64,000 nucleotides of DNA from an uncultured Solirubrobacterales bacterium (GCA_963783415.1 CAWANN010000015.1:42711-106710), one strand, 5' to 3'; shown: positions 38,153-48,711, counted from the first letter of the stretch. A program made the numbers and translations. The notes: generated by a model not told the origin, from the sequence alone.

Positions 38153-41100
38153 ATGACCTCTCCCTGCGCGCATCTGCACGTTCACTCCGAGTATTCGCTG
38201 CTCGACGGGGCGTGCAAGATCGAAGCCCTGGTCGAGCGGGCGGCGTCGTTCGATCAGCCGGCGGTCGGCCTGACCGATCACGGGGTGATGAACGGCGCGG
38301 TCGAGCTGTTCTCCGCCGCGCGCAAGCACGGCGTAAAGCCGATTCTCGGTTGTGAGGCGTATGTCGTCGACGACCACGAACGGCGCGCGCCGGGCCGGCT
38401 CGACCGTTTCCATCTGACGCTGCTCGCGGCTACGCCGACCGGTTATCGGAACCTCGTCAAGCTGTGCTCGGCCGGCTTCCTCGAGGGCTATCAGCGCGGC
38501 AAGCCGTCGGTCGATATGCCACAGCTCGCGGCTCACGCCGACGGCGTGATCGTGCTCACCGGCTGCCTGCAGTCGCGCTTCTGTCAGCACCTGCTCGACG
38601 GCCGGGTCCCGCAGGCGCGGGCGCACGCCGACGAGCTGATCCAGGCGTTCGGCGCCGACAACGTGTACTTCGAGGTGCAGAAGAACGGCCTCGCCGCCCA
38701 GGACCAGGCGAACGAGGGGATCGTGAAGATCGCCCGCGAGCTGGGACGACCGCTGGTCGGCACGGGCGACGTCCACTACCTACGGCGCGAGGATTACTCG
38801 AACCACGCGGCGCTGCTCTGCGTCCAGACGAAGTCGACGCTCGATCAACCCAAGATCAGCTTCGACGCCAACGAGTTCTACCTGCGCTCCAACGACGAGA
38901 TGGCGCAGGCGTTCGCGGAGTGGCCCGAGGCGATCGCGACTACGCTCGAGATCGCGGAGCGCTGCGACGTGGAGCTCGAGCTTGGCCGTCAGCTGATCCC
39001 GCGCTATCCGACGCCGAGCGGCGAGAGCGAGGGGACGTACCTGCGCGAGCGCGTCGAGGAGGGGCTGCGCGAGCGCTATGGGGATCCCGTGCCGGCGGAG
39101 GCGCTCGAGCGCGCCGACTACGAGCTCGGCGTGATCGAGCGGATGGGCTTCAGCGGCTACTTCCTGATCGTGTGGGACTTCGTGAAGTACGCCAAGGACT
39201 CCGGCATCGCGGTTGGGCCGGGCCGTGGCTCGGCCGCCGGGTCGCTGGTCGCCTACTCGCTGCAGATCACCGACGTCGACCCGCTCCGGTATGGGCTCCT
39301 GTTCGAGCGCTTCCTCAATCCGGAGCGCGTGTCGATGCCGGACATCGACATCGACTTCTCCGTGCGTGGCCGGGAGCGCGTGATCCGGTACGTGACCGAC
39401 AAGTACGGCAAGGAGTCGGTGGCGCAGATCGTCACGTTCGGCAAGATGTTCCCGCGCGCGGCGACGCGGGACGCCGCCCGCGTGCTCGGGCACGACTACG
39501 GCGCCGGCGACCGCCTCGCGAAACTGATCCCCGACCCGATCATGGGCCGGCCGCCGAGCTTCGAGGACTGCCTGAAGCCGGGACAGCCGCTGCGCGCCGA
39601 GGTGGATCGCGACCCGACCGCCAAGCAGATCATCGAGGTCGCGCAGGGGCTCGAGGGGATCGTCCGCAACTCCTCGATCCACGCGGCGGCCGTCGTGATC
39701 GCTGATCGCCCGCTGACCGAGATCGTGCCGCTGCAGATCGCCGATGCCGGCGCGGACGAGAACGGCGAGCGCGTATTTCGCACCGTGACCCAGTTCACGA
39801 TGAAGCCGGTCGAGCAGATCGGGCTGCTCAAGATGGACTTCCTGGGGCTGCGCAACCTCGACGTGATCGAGGACGCACTCGACATCATCGAACGCTCGAC
39901 CGGCGAGCGCCCGGACATGGCCGCGCTTCCGCTCGACCACGCCCCGACGTACGAGATGATGGCCCGTGGCGACTCGGTCGGGGTGTTCCAGTTCGAGTCC
40001 GAGGGGATGCGCGAGGCGCTCAAGAAGGTCAAGCCGGACGAGTTCGACGACCTCGTCGCGCTGAACGCGCTGTATCGGCCGGGCGCAATGGATCAGATCC
40101 CCACGTACGCGCGCGGCAAGCACCACCCCGAGTTGATCTCCTATCCGGACGATCGGCTCCGGCCGATCCTCGAGGCCACCAAGGGCGTGATCCTCTACCA
40201 GGAGCAGGCGATGCAGATCGCCAAAGACCTGGCGGGGTTCAGCGGCGCCAAGGCGGACGACCTCCGCAAGGCGATCGGGAAGAAGAACCGGGAGGCGATG
40301 GCGAAGCTCAAGCCGGAGTTCATGGCCGGCTGCCGGTCGTCGGGCACGAGCGAGCAGGTGATCGAGTTGCTGTGGACGACCAACGAGCGCTCCGCGGACT
40401 ACAGCTTCAACCGCTCCCACGCCGCCTGCTACACGCTGATCGCGTACCGCACCGCGTGGCTGAAGGCGAACTATCCGGCGGAGTACATGGCGGCGCTGAT
40501 CTCCTCGGTGATGGACACCAAGGACAAGGTCCCGTTCTTCGTCTCCCAGGCCGAGCAGATGGGGATCTCGATCCTCCCGCCCGACGTCAACCTCTCAGAC
40601 CACGAATTCGTCGTGGTCGACGGCAACATCCGGTTCGGCCTCGACGCGGTCAAGGGCGTCGGCTACCAGGCGGTTGAGGCGATCAAGCGTGCCCGCGGCG
40701 ACTACGACGGGATTGATGATCCCACCCACCCGCCCCCCAACCCATCCGTGGCCCGACCGTTCCTGAACCTGTTCGACTTCTGCTCGCGGGTCGACGGCCG
40801 GGCGGTCAACAAGAAGGCGATCGAGGCGCTGATCAAGTGCGGCGCCCTAGGGTCGACGGGCGCCACCCGCAAGGGGATGCTGATGATGCTCGAACAGGCT
40901 CAGGGCGCCGGTCAGAAGGCGCAGCAGGACGCGCAGATCGGGCAGAGCTCGATCTTCGACCTGGTGGGCCTCGGCGATGCAGATGGGGCCAGCACGGAGG
41001 ACGGCGGCGCGTTCGTGACGCCCAGCCACGCCCCGATTCCCGCGGTGGAATTCGACCGGGCGGAGCTGCTCGCGGCCGAGAAGGAGTCGATCGGGCTGTT

Positions 41101-41797
41101 CATCTCGGCCCATCCGCTCAAGGAGGTACGCGCGGCGCTCAGGGCACGCGTCGACTGCCCGCTGGCCGACCTGGCCGACCGGCGCGACGGCGACTGGGTC
41201 CTCGTCGGCGGCATGATCACCGAGATCAAGAAGATCAGGACCAAGAAGGGCGACCCGATGATGTTCGCGACGCTCGACGACCTCGAGGGGTCGGTCGAGC
41301 TGCTCGTGTTCGGCAACGCGCTAGCCGCCGCCGGCGAGGTGCTCGCGCCGGACTCGATCGTGCTCGTTCGCGGGCGCGTGGACCACAAGGACCGCGACAA
41401 GACGTGCATCGTCGCTCAACAGATCGAGCCTTTTCGTCCGTCTGCCGAAGAGGTGAGCGAGGCCGAGGAGCAGGAGGCCAGGCAGGCCGCCGCCACTCCG
41501 AGCGCCCTCCGCCTGCGGCTCGATGCGACCGCGCTGGCCGCGTCCGTGCTCGGGGAGCTCAAGGACGTGCTCACCGGTTTCCCGGGCGACTGCGAGGTGG
41601 TGATCGAGCTGAGCACATCGATCGGCGACCGGCGGCTGAAGCTTGGCCCCGACTTCCGCGTCGCCCACAGCGCCGGGCTGCACGCCGAACTCGACGCGCT
41701 GCTCGGCCACGCGATCCTGTCCGACGGCGACATCGAGGCGGACAACGTGAGCGTCGAGAGCGAGCGCCGCCGCGCCGCCGCCACGGCCCTGAGCTGA
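38153..41797 (+). CDS. dnaE: DNA polymerase III alpha subunit
   Basis: HLHVHSEYSLLDG PHP, PGRGSAAGS, ERVSMPDIDIDF, KMDFLGL, YSFNRSHA, OB fold; no intein. Confidence 0.98.
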   Translation: MTSPCAHLHVHSEYSLLDGACKIEALVERAASFDQPAVGLTDHGVMNGAVELFSAARKHGVKPILGCEAYVVDDHERRAPGRLDRFHLTLLAATPTGYRNLVKLCSAGFLEGYQRGKPSVDMPQLAAHADGVIVLTGCLQSRFCQHLLDGRVPQARAHADELIQAFGADNVYFEVQKNGLAAQDQANEGIVKIARELGRPLVGTGDVHYLRREDYSNHAALLCVQTKSTLDQPKISFDANEFYLRSNDEMAQAFAEWPEAIATTLEIAERCDVELELGRQLIPRYPTPSGESEGTYLRERVEEGLRERYGDPVPAEALERADYELGVIERMGFSGYFLIVWDFVKYAKDSGIAVGPGRGSAAGSLVAYSLQITDVDPLRYGLLFERFLNPERVSMPDIDIDFSVRGRERVIRYVTDKYGKESVAQIVTFGKMFPRAATRDAARVLGHDYGAGDRLAKLIPDPIMGRPPSFEDCLKPGQPLRAEVDRDPTAKQIIEVAQGLEGIVRNSSIHAAAVVIADRPLTEIVPLQIADAGADENGERVFRTVTQFTMKPVEQIGLLKMDFLGLRNLDVIEDALDIIERSTGERPDMAALPLDHAPTYEMMARGDSVGVFQFESEGMREALKKVKPDEFDDLVALNALYRPGAMDQIPTYARGKHHPELISYPDDRLRPILEATKGVILYQEQAMQIAKDLAGFSGAKADDLRKAIGKKNREAMAKLKPEFMAGCRSSGTSEQVIELLWTTNERSADYSFNRSHAACYTLIAYRTAWLKANYPAEYMAALISSVMDTKDKVPFFVSQAEQMGISILPPDVNLSDHEFVVVDGNIRFGLDAVKGVGYQAVEAIKRARGDYDGIDDPTHPPPNPSVARPFLNLFDFCSRVDGRAVNKKAIEALIKCGALGSTGATRKGMLMMLEQAQGAGQKAQQDAQIGQSSIFDLVGLGDADGASTEDGGAFVTPSHAPIPAVEFDRAELLAAEKESIGLFISAHPLKEVRAALRARVDCPLADLADRRDGDWVLVGGMITEIKKIRTKKGDPMMFATLDDLEGSVELLVFGNALAAAGEVLAPDSIVLVRGRVDHKDRDKTCIVAQQIEPFRPSAEEVSEAEEQEARQAAATPSALRLRLDATALAASVLGELKDVLTGFPGDCEVVIELSTSIGDRRLKLGPDFRVAHSAGLHAELDALLGHAILSDGDIEADNVSVESERRRAAATALS

Positions 41798-41855
41798 TCG
41801 CAAGTATTCGAACGCCGCTTGCCTCGAATGCGCGGCTTGCGATTAGCTTCCCGGC

Positions 41856-42653
41856 GTGCCCGGTCTGAGCGATGGCATCACCACCTGCCTGTTTGACCTC
41901 GACGGCGTGTTGACGCAGACGGCGAAGGTTCATGCCAAGGCGTGGAAGCAGACGTTCGACGAGTTCCTGCGCGGCTGGTACGAGCGCGCCGGCGAGCCCT
42001 ATCGCGAGTTCGTGCTTCCCGACGATTACGAGAGGTACGTCGACGGCAAGCCGCGTGAGGACGGTGTGCGCTCGTTTCTGCAGTCGCGGTCCATCGACCT
42101 GCCCGAGGGGTCACCGGACGATCCCCCCGAGGCCGACACGATCTACGGCATAGGCCTGCGCAAGAACAACCTGGTGACGGCGCTGATCAAAGATGAGGGC
42201 GTTGAGCCGTACCCGGATGCGGTCGCGTTCGTCAAGCACGCGAAACAGCGGGGGCTGCGGCGGGCCGTGGTGTCCTCGAGCGCCAACGCTCAGGAGGTGC
42301 TGATCGCGGCCGGCATCGACGATCTGTTCGAGGCGCGGATAGACGGCATCGTCGCCGAGCGCGAGCACCTGGCCGGGAAGCCCGCGCCCGACACGTTCCT
42401 GGCCGGGGCCCGGGCGGTCGGCGCCGAGCCGGCCCAGGCTGCGGTGTTCGAGGATGCCGAGGCCGGCGTCGAGGCGGGCCACGCCGGCCACTTCGGCCTG
42501 GTCGTGGGGGTCGACCGTACCGGAGGGGTCGACCGCGCCGGAGGGGTCGACCGCGCCGCCGGGGACGATCGCACCCGCCACGGCGAGGCGCTGCGCGAGC
42601 ATGGGGCCGACATCGTCGTCCGCCAGCTGACCGAGCTACTGGAGCGGTCGTGA
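41856..42653 (+). CDS. Beta-phosphoglucomutase-like HAD hydrolase
   Basis: FDLDGVLT, VDGKPREDGVRSFL, VSSSAN, GKPAPD, FEDAEAGV. Confidence 0.9.
   Translation: MPGLSDGITTCLFDLDGVLTQTAKVHAKAWKQTFDEFLRGWYERAGEPYREFVLPDDYERYVDGKPREDGVRSFLQSRSIDLPEGSPDDPPEADTIYGIGLRKNNLVTALIKDEGVEPYPDAVAFVKHAKQRGLRRAVVSSSANAQEVLIAAGIDDLFEARIDGIVAEREHLAGKPAPDTFLAGARAVGAEPAQAAVFEDAEAGVEAGHAGHFGLVVGVDRTGGVDRAGGVDRAAGDDRTRHGEALREHGADIVVRQLTELLERS
42507..42560 (+). repeat. 18-bp tandem repeat x3 inside the HAD gene
   Basis: GVDRTG-GVDRAG-GVDRAA, followed by a degenerate GDDRT. Confidence 0.8.
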
Positions 42654-45001
42654 TCGGCCCGCACACGTTCTCGGTGGAGCCGTGGTGCGTCTGCGAGAGC
42701 GAGCTCGACCTCGGGTTGCTGGGCACGACCGAGTCGATCTTCGCGCTCTCCAACGGTCACATCGGCCTGCGGGGAAACCTCGATGAGGGCGAGCCCGCCG
42801 GGTCACCGGGCACGTATCTGAACAGCTTCTACGAGGTGCGCCCGCTGCCGTATGCCGAGTCCGCGTATGGCAACCCGGAGGCGGGCCAGACGATGATCAA
42901 CGTCACCAACGGGAAGGTGTTCCGCCTGCTGGTCGACGACGAGCCGTTCGACGTCCGGTACGGGAAGCTGATCCGCCACGAGCGGACGCTCGACCTCCGC
43001 GACGGGGTCCTGCGGCGCGAGGCCGAGTGGGTCTCGCCCGCGGGCCAGGCGATCCACGTGCGGTCGACCCGGATGGTGTCGTTCGTGCAGCGGTCGATCG
43101 CCGCGATCCTGTATGAGGTCGAGTCGATCGGTGCCGCGGCTAGGATCGGCGTGCAATCCGAGCTGGTGGCGAACGAGCCGGTCCCGGCCGAGTCGAGCGA
43201 CCCGCGCACCGCCGCCGCGCTGGCCGCGCCGCTGATCGCCGAGGATCACGTGCACAACGCGCTCCGCGTGAGCCTCGTGCACCGCACCCGCATGAGTGGC
43301 CTGCGGATGGCCGCCGGCATGGACCACGTGATCGACGGGCCAGACGGCACGGTGACGGCCGCCGAGAGCCAACCCGATCTCGGCCGGTTGACGGTCAGCA
43401 CCGAGCTCAAACCGGGCGAGAAGCTGCGGATCGTCAAGTTCCTCGGGTACGGATGGTCGAGCCAGCGATCGCTGCCGTCGCTGCGCGACCAGGTCCACCT
43501 GGCGCTGGCTTCGGCCCGGCGCACCGGCTGGGAAGGGCTGCTGAAGACTCAGCGCGAGTACCTCGCCGACTTCTGGGAGCGAGCCGACATCCAGCTCGAC
43601 GGCGACGCCGCGCTCCAGCAGGCGGTGCGGTTCGCGCTGTTCTCCATCGTACAGGCGGCGGCGCGGGCCGAGCTCCGCGCGATTCCGGCCAAGGGGCTGA
43701 CCGGCAACGGCTACGACGGACACACGTTCTGGGACATGGACGCGTACACGCTCCCGGTGCTCACCTACACGGTGCCCGACGCGGCGCGCGATGCGCTCGC
43801 ATGGCGCCACGCGACGATGGACCTCGCCGGAGCTCGCGCTCGGGAGCTGGGGCTGAAGGGCGTGACGTTCCCGTGGCGCACGATCCGCGGTCAGGAGTGC
43901 TCGGGCTACTGGCCGGCGGGCACCGCCGCGTTCCACATCAACGCCGACGTCGCCGAGGCGGTCCGCCGGTATCTCGCCGCCACCGGGGACCAGGAGTTCG
44001 AGGAGGGGCCGGGACTCGAACTGCTCGTGAACACCGCCCGGCTGTGGCGGTCGCTCGGCCACCACGACGCTCAGGGCGGGTTCCGGATCGACCGGGTCAC
44101 CGGTCCGGACGAGTACACCGCGCTGACCGACAACAACGTCTATACGAATCTGATGGCCGCTCGGAATCTGTCCGTTGCCGCCGACCTGGTGGTTCACCAT
44201 CGCAGGCGCGCTGCCGAGCTTGGAATCGATGAGGAAGAGATCGCCAGCTGGCGCGACGCCGCGTCCGCGATCGTGGTCCCGTTCGACCGCGATGCTCGCA
44301 TCACTCAGCAGTGCAACGGCTTCACGCGATTGCGCAAGTGGGACTTTGAGGACACCCCGCCGGACCAGTACCCGCTCCTGCTCCACTACCACAACTACAT
44401 GCTGTACTCGAGCCAGGTCATCAAGCAGGCGGACCTGGTGTTCGCGATCTACCTGTGTGGCGACCACTGGCCCAGCGAGGAGCAGAAGGCGCGGGACTTC
44501 AACTTCTACGAGCGTGTCACGGTGCGGGACTCATCGCTGTCGGCCTCGATCCAGGCGGTGGTGGCGGCCGAGGTCGGCCACCTCGAGCTCGCCTGGGAGT
44601 ACCTGAACGAAACCGCGTTCATCGACCTGCGCGACCTGGCGAACAACACGAGCGATGGCGTGCACCTCGCCGCGCTGTCGGGGGTGTGGCACGCGATCGT
44701 CGCCGGCTTCGGCGGCATGCGCGACCACGGCGAGACGCTGGCGTTCGCACCGCGGCTCCCGTCGAGGATGACCCGCCTCCAGTTTCGGCTGTCGTATCGC
44801 GGGCGGCGGCTTCGCATCGAGGTCAACCCCGATCACGCGATCTACGAGCTGCTCGACGGCGAGGCGCTCGAGATCGTCACCCACGGGGAGCGGGTCACGG
44901 TCGAGCCGGGTACGCCGCAGACGTGCCCGGTGCCGCCGGCGCCCCAATACCCCCAGCCCCACGCTCCAGCCGGCCGCCAACCCGGCTTCCTCACCGAATA
45001 A
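42650..45001 (+). CDS. Glycoside hydrolase family 65 (disaccharide phosphorylase)
   Basis: ALSNGHIGLRG, KGLTGNGYDGHTFWD, VTGPDEY, KQADLV, DSSLS. Confidence 0.93.
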   Translation: MIGPHTFSVEPWCVCESELDLGLLGTTESIFALSNGHIGLRGNLDEGEPAGSPGTYLNSFYEVRPLPYAESAYGNPEAGQTMINVTNGKVFRLLVDDEPFDVRYGKLIRHERTLDLRDGVLRREAEWVSPAGQAIHVRSTRMVSFVQRSIAAILYEVESIGAAARIGVQSELVANEPVPAESSDPRTAAALAAPLIAEDHVHNALRVSLVHRTRMSGLRMAAGMDHVIDGPDGTVTAAESQPDLGRLTVSTELKPGEKLRIVKFLGYGWSSQRSLPSLRDQVHLALASARRTGWEGLLKTQREYLADFWERADIQLDGDAALQQAVRFALFSIVQAAARAELRAIPAKGLTGNGYDGHTFWDMDAYTLPVLTYTVPDAARDALAWRHATMDLAGARARELGLKGVTFPWRTIRGQECSGYWPAGTAAFHINADVAEAVRRYLAATGDQEFEEGPGLELLVNTARLWRSLGHHDAQGGFRIDRVTGPDEYTALTDNNVYTNLMAARNLSVAADLVVHHRRRAAELGIDEEEIASWRDAASAIVVPFDRDARITQQCNGFTRLRKWDFEDTPPDQYPLLLHYHNYMLYSSQVIKQADLVFAIYLCGDHWPSEEQKARDFNFYERVTVRDSSLSASIQAVVAAEVGHLELAWEYLNETAFIDLRDLANNTSDGVHLAALSGVWHAIVAGFGGMRDHGETLAFAPRLPSRMTRLQFRLSYRGRRLRIEVNPDHAIYELLDGEALEIVTHGERVTVEPGTPQTCPVPPAPQYPQPHAPAGRQPGFLTE

Positions 45002-45104
45002 GCTCGCTTCCGGGGGCACGCCCCAGTCCTGCGCCCGCGCTCTTCCGCCGCCGCGTCGCGGGCCGACCGTGATCGGGCGCGAGTGGCGCAGATGGGGCGG
45101 CGCC

Positions 45105-45157
45105 CCCTCGCTCGTAGCTGGGAAGCCACCCCGGTCGCCCACCGCTACGAGCGAGGG
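45105..45157. other. 14-bp perfect inverted repeat (terminator or REP-like)
   Basis: CCCTCGCTCGTAGC (45105-45118) and GCTACGAGCGAGGG (45144-45157). Confidence 0.6.
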
Positions 45158-45259
45158 TGCGATGCCGAATCCGGGCCCCTCGCGCCCGGCCCGGTCGTCG
45201 TGCGACCACGCCTCGTCGGCGCACGGGGGCCCCGGATTGGGCAGGCACCCGAAGCGAGT

Positions 45260-45273
45260 TGCAATCGTGTGCA
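45260..45273. promoter_or_regulatory. LacI-type operator overlapping the lacI -10 (autoregulation)
   Basis: TGCAATCGTGTGCA; CATAAT at 45272-45277. Confidence 0.65.
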
Positions 45274-45285
45274 TAATGGCTCTGA

Positions 45286-46362
45286 ATGGCGACGAGCAAA
45301 GTGAGCGTCGCGGGGCCGATCACGCTACGGGACGTGGCGCGCGTCGCCGGGGTGCATCCGGGCACCGTCTCGCGCGCGCTCAATCCGGAGACGCGGGGAC
45401 TCGTCAACGAACTGACCGCGGAGCGGGTGCTCGAGGCGGCCAAGGAGCTCGGCTACCGGCCGAACCCGATCGCCCGGGGTCTCCGAACGAACCGGTCCAA
45501 CACGATCGGGGTGCTCGTGCCGGACCTGATGAACCCGCTGTTCGCCGCGGTCGTGCGCGGAATCGAGGACGGGTTGCGCGACGGCGGCTACACGCCGCTG
45601 ATCGCCAACACCGACAACGACTCCGAGCGCGAGCGGGTGGCGTTCGATGCGATGAGCGCACGGCAGGTCGACGGGTTCATCGCAGCCACCGCCCGGCGCG
45701 ACCATTGGCTGCTCGCGGACGAGGTGATCTCGGGCGCGAAGGTCGTGCTCGTCAACCGGCGCGTCGACAGCGATGCGCTTCCAGCCGTCACCGGCGACGA
45801 CCACGAGGGGGTTCGTCTGGCCGTCGGGCACCTGGCCGAGCTCGGGCATGAGCGGATCGCTCACCTCGCCGGCGCGCAGGTCCTGTACACCGGCTGGTCG
45901 CGCAACCAGGGGTTCGTCGACGCGATGCGAGCGCGCGGTTTTGAGCTCGATCCCGGCCTGATCGTGTTCAGCGAGGCGTTCACCGAACGGGAGGGGGCGC
46001 GGTGCTGCGGTGAGCTGCTCGACCGGCGTCGCGACTTCACGGCGATCGTGGCCGGTAACGACCTGCTCGCGCTCGGGTGCTACGACGCGCTCGAACAGCG
46101 CGGCCTTCGCTGCCCGGATGACGTCTCGGTCGTCGGTTACAACGACATGCCGTTCGTCGATCGCTTCCGGCCGCCGCTCACGACCATTCGGGTCCCGCAT
46201 TACGAGCTGGGGTCGACCGCGGCGCACCTGATGCTCGAGCAGCTCCAGGGAATCGACGCGCCGCCGCGCCAGCTGCTGCTCGCACCCGAGCTGGTGATCC
46301 GCGGCTCGACCGCCCCGCCGTCGGCGGACACGACCTTCTCCGGCGGCGGCGGAACAAGCTGA
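45286..46362 (+). CDS. LacI family transcriptional regulator
   Basis: ITLRDVARVAGVHPGTVSRALN, YRPNPIARGL, GNDLLALG, SVVGYND, PPLTTIR. Confidence 0.95.
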   Translation: MATSKVSVAGPITLRDVARVAGVHPGTVSRALNPETRGLVNELTAERVLEAAKELGYRPNPIARGLRTNRSNTIGVLVPDLMNPLFAAVVRGIEDGLRDGGYTPLIANTDNDSERERVAFDAMSARQVDGFIAATARRDHWLLADEVISGAKVVLVNRRVDSDALPAVTGDDHEGVRLAVGHLAELGHERIAHLAGAQVLYTGWSRNQGFVDAMRARGFELDPGLIVFSEAFTEREGARCCGELLDRRRDFTAIVAGNDLLALGCYDALEQRGLRCPDDVSVVGYNDMPFVDRFRPPLTTIRVPHYELGSTAAHLMLEQLQGIDAPPRQLLLAPELVIRGSTAPPSADTTFSGGGGTS

Positions 46363-46408
46363 TTGCAACACGGCTTCCCTTGACACCTCACAGTCACGAC
46401 GATAACGT

Positions 46409-46435
46409 CGCACACGATTGCAGCAAACGTTTGCA
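46409..46435. promoter_or_regulatory. Tandem LacI-type operators upstream of the ABC operon
   Basis: CGCACACGATTGCA (46409-46422) and AGCAAACGTTTGCA (46422-46435). Confidence 0.7.
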
Positions 46436-46537
46436 ATCCGGGATGACTGAACTGCCCGAAGGTGGCTGCAGCCGATCCCGAGTGCGTTCGCTGGTCCGCA
46501 AGTCGACGTATTGAGCGCCTGGGAGGAGAAGGTCCAG

Positions 46538-47830
46538 ATGACACGGTCTAGCCGAAGTGGTTGGATGTTGTCGACCGCGGCCGTGGTCGCGGTCGCCGCA
46601 CTCGTCGCGGGGTGTGGGGGCTCCAGTAGCAGCTCCTCGACCGCGAGCGGCGCGAGCTCGGGCTCGGCGACGAGCTCGACGCAGGCGAGCAAGTCGCCGG
46701 TCACGGTCGGCGCGTCGCTGTCGCTTTCCGGCGACTTCGCCGCCGACGGCCAGGCGTTCCAAAAGGGCTACGAGCTGTGGGCCGCGGATATCAACAAGGC
46801 GGGCGGTCTGCTCGGCCATCCGGTCAAGCTCGACATCGTGTCCGACGCCTCGAGCCCGGCACAGGTCGTGACCAACTATCAGAAGCTGATCTCCTCAGAC
46901 CACGACCAGCTCGTGTTCGGCCCGTTCTCGACGCTGCTCACCGTGCCGTCCTCGAAGGTCGTCAATCGGTACGGGTACGCGTTCGTCGAGGGTGCCGGCG
47001 GCGCGCCGGCGGCATTCGGCAACGGCCTGAAGAACATCTTCGACGTGAGCCTGCCGGTGATCGACAACCTCATCCCGTTCGCGCACTGGCTCGCGACGCT
47101 GCCCGCGTCGCAGCGGCCCAAGACCGCCGCGGTCGCCACCAGCGACGACCCGTTCACGCAGCCGCAGTTCCCGGCGGCGGTCAAGATCCTCCAGAACGCC
47201 GGGATCAAGATCGTCTACAACAAGGTGTTCCCGGCCGAGGTCACGGACTATGCGCCGATCGCGACGAGTGTCGCGAGCACGAAGGCCGACGCATTTCTGC
47301 TGGGCTCGGTCGACGTACCGACGGTGTCGGCGTTCATCCACACGTTCATCCAGCAGCATTACAACCCCAAGGCGTTCATCGCCACCGCCGGTCCGGATCA
47401 AGGCGCCGCGTTCCTGAAGGCGATCGGCGGCGCGTCGAACGCGGAGGGCGTGATGGTTCCGAACGGCTGGTATCCGGGGTACGTCAACGCCGCCAGCCAG
47501 AAGATGGTCCAGGAGTACGTCGCCAAGTACGGCGGCAGCCCCTCCGACGTGAACGCGGACGTCGCCGAGGCCTACTCGGTGGGTCAGATCGTCGCCCAGG
47601 CTGCCGCCGCGACGCACAGCCTCGACAACTCGAAGATCATCGCTTACCTGCACAGCCCCGTCACATTCAACAGCGTCCAGGGGCCGGTCAAGTTCAATTC
47701 GCTTGGTGAGAACGGCGCCGCCGCGGCGTTCGCGTTCCAGTGGCAGAAGGGTAATCTCGTGCAGGTGTTGCCGGTCGGGGCGACAAGCTCCAAGCCGGTC
47801 GTATACCCGAAGCCAAACTGGGGATCGTGA
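46538..47830 (+). CDS. Branched-chain amino acid-type ABC substrate-binding lipoprotein (LivK-like)
   Basis: GGAGGAG RBS, lipobox LVAG-C, SLSLSGDFA, INKAGGLLG, LVFGPFS. Confidence 0.9.
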   Translation: MTRSSRSGWMLSTAAVVAVAALVAGCGGSSSSSSTASGASSGSATSSTQASKSPVTVGASLSLSGDFAADGQAFQKGYELWAADINKAGGLLGHPVKLDIVSDASSPAQVVTNYQKLISSDHDQLVFGPFSTLLTVPSSKVVNRYGYAFVEGAGGAPAAFGNGLKNIFDVSLPVIDNLIPFAHWLATLPASQRPKTAAVATSDDPFTQPQFPAAVKILQNAGIKIVYNKVFPAEVTDYAPIATSVASTKADAFLLGSVDVPTVSAFIHTFIQQHYNPKAFIATAGPDQGAAFLKAIGGASNAEGVMVPNGWYPGYVNAASQKMVQEYVAKYGGSPSDVNADVAEAYSVGQIVAQAAAATHSLDNSKIIAYLHSPVTFNSVQGPVKFNSLGENGAAAAFAFQWQKGNLVQVLPVGATSSKPVVYPKPNWGS

Positions 47831-48711
47831 GCGCTTCCTCAATTGCCAAGGCGGTCGTCGACGGGATCCTGACGGGGGGCGTATACGCCCTGATGGCGGC
47901 GGGGCTCACGCTCATCTTCGGGGTGATGGACATCATCAACATCGCCCAGGGCGCCCTGATCGTGCTCGGCGCCTACATGAGCTACGTTCTGTCGGTCCAC
48001 CTCGGAATCGATCTGTTCGTCGGCTTGATCATCACGATCCCGGCGTTCTTCGTGCTCGGCGTGTTCATCGAGTGGGCGTTCATGCGCCGCCTGCGCGAAC
48101 AGGAGCGGACCGCGATGTCAATTCTCGTGACCTACGCGGTGGCGATCATCATCGAGGGCATTCTGAGTGTCATCTTCGGGGTCGATTACCTCCAGCTCCA
48201 AGCCTCGTATGTGAACAGCTCGTTCCACATACTCGGTTTCTATCTGCCCTACATCTACGTGTTCGGATTTGTGCTCGCGCTCGCGCTGATGGGTGTCCTG
48301 TACTGGATCCTGTACCGCACTCATTTCGGCCGCGGGGTGAGAGGGTCACTGCAGAACCGTTCGGCGGCGGAGTTGATCGGGGTGAACGTGAACCGGGTAC
48401 GCGCGCTGTCGGTCGGGATCGGTGTGTCGGTCACCGCGGCCGGCGGGATGGTGTTCGGTGCGACGAACTCGTTCAATCCAAGCAGCGGGTACGACCTGAT
48501 ATCGCGCCTGCTGTCGATCGTGATCCTGGCCGGGCTGGGCAGCATCGGCGGTGCGCTGATCGCGGCGATATTCATGGTCACGCTGGAGGACGTGGTCGCG
48601 GTCGTGTGGTCGCCGGTGTGGGCGACGCTCGTGTATTACGCGTCGCTGATCGTCGTGCTGTCGTTCATGCCGAACGGCCTGTTCGGCAAGGCGGCAGTCC
48701 GGGCGCAATGA
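47827..48711 (+). CDS. ABC permease (LivH-like)
   Basis: GGVYALMAAGLTLIFGVMDIINIAQG, IGVNV, VILAGLGSIGGA. Confidence 0.92.
   Translation: MSASSIAKAVVDGILTGGVYALMAAGLTLIFGVMDIINIAQGALIVLGAYMSYVLSVHLGIDLFVGLIITIPAFFVLGVFIEWAFMRRLREQERTAMSILVTYAVAIIIEGILSVIFGVDYLQLQASYVNSSFHILGFYLPYIYVFGFVLALALMGVLYWILYRTHFGRGVRGSLQNRSAAELIGVNVNRVRALSVGIGVSVTAAGGMVFGATNSFNPSSGYDLISRLLSIVILAGLGSIGGALIAAIFMVTLEDVVAVVWSPVWATLVYYASLIVVLSFMPNGLFGKAAVRAQ

Noticed and set aside
38153-41797. Intein in dnaE
   Set aside because: Normal length and no splicing or LAGLIDADG motifs.
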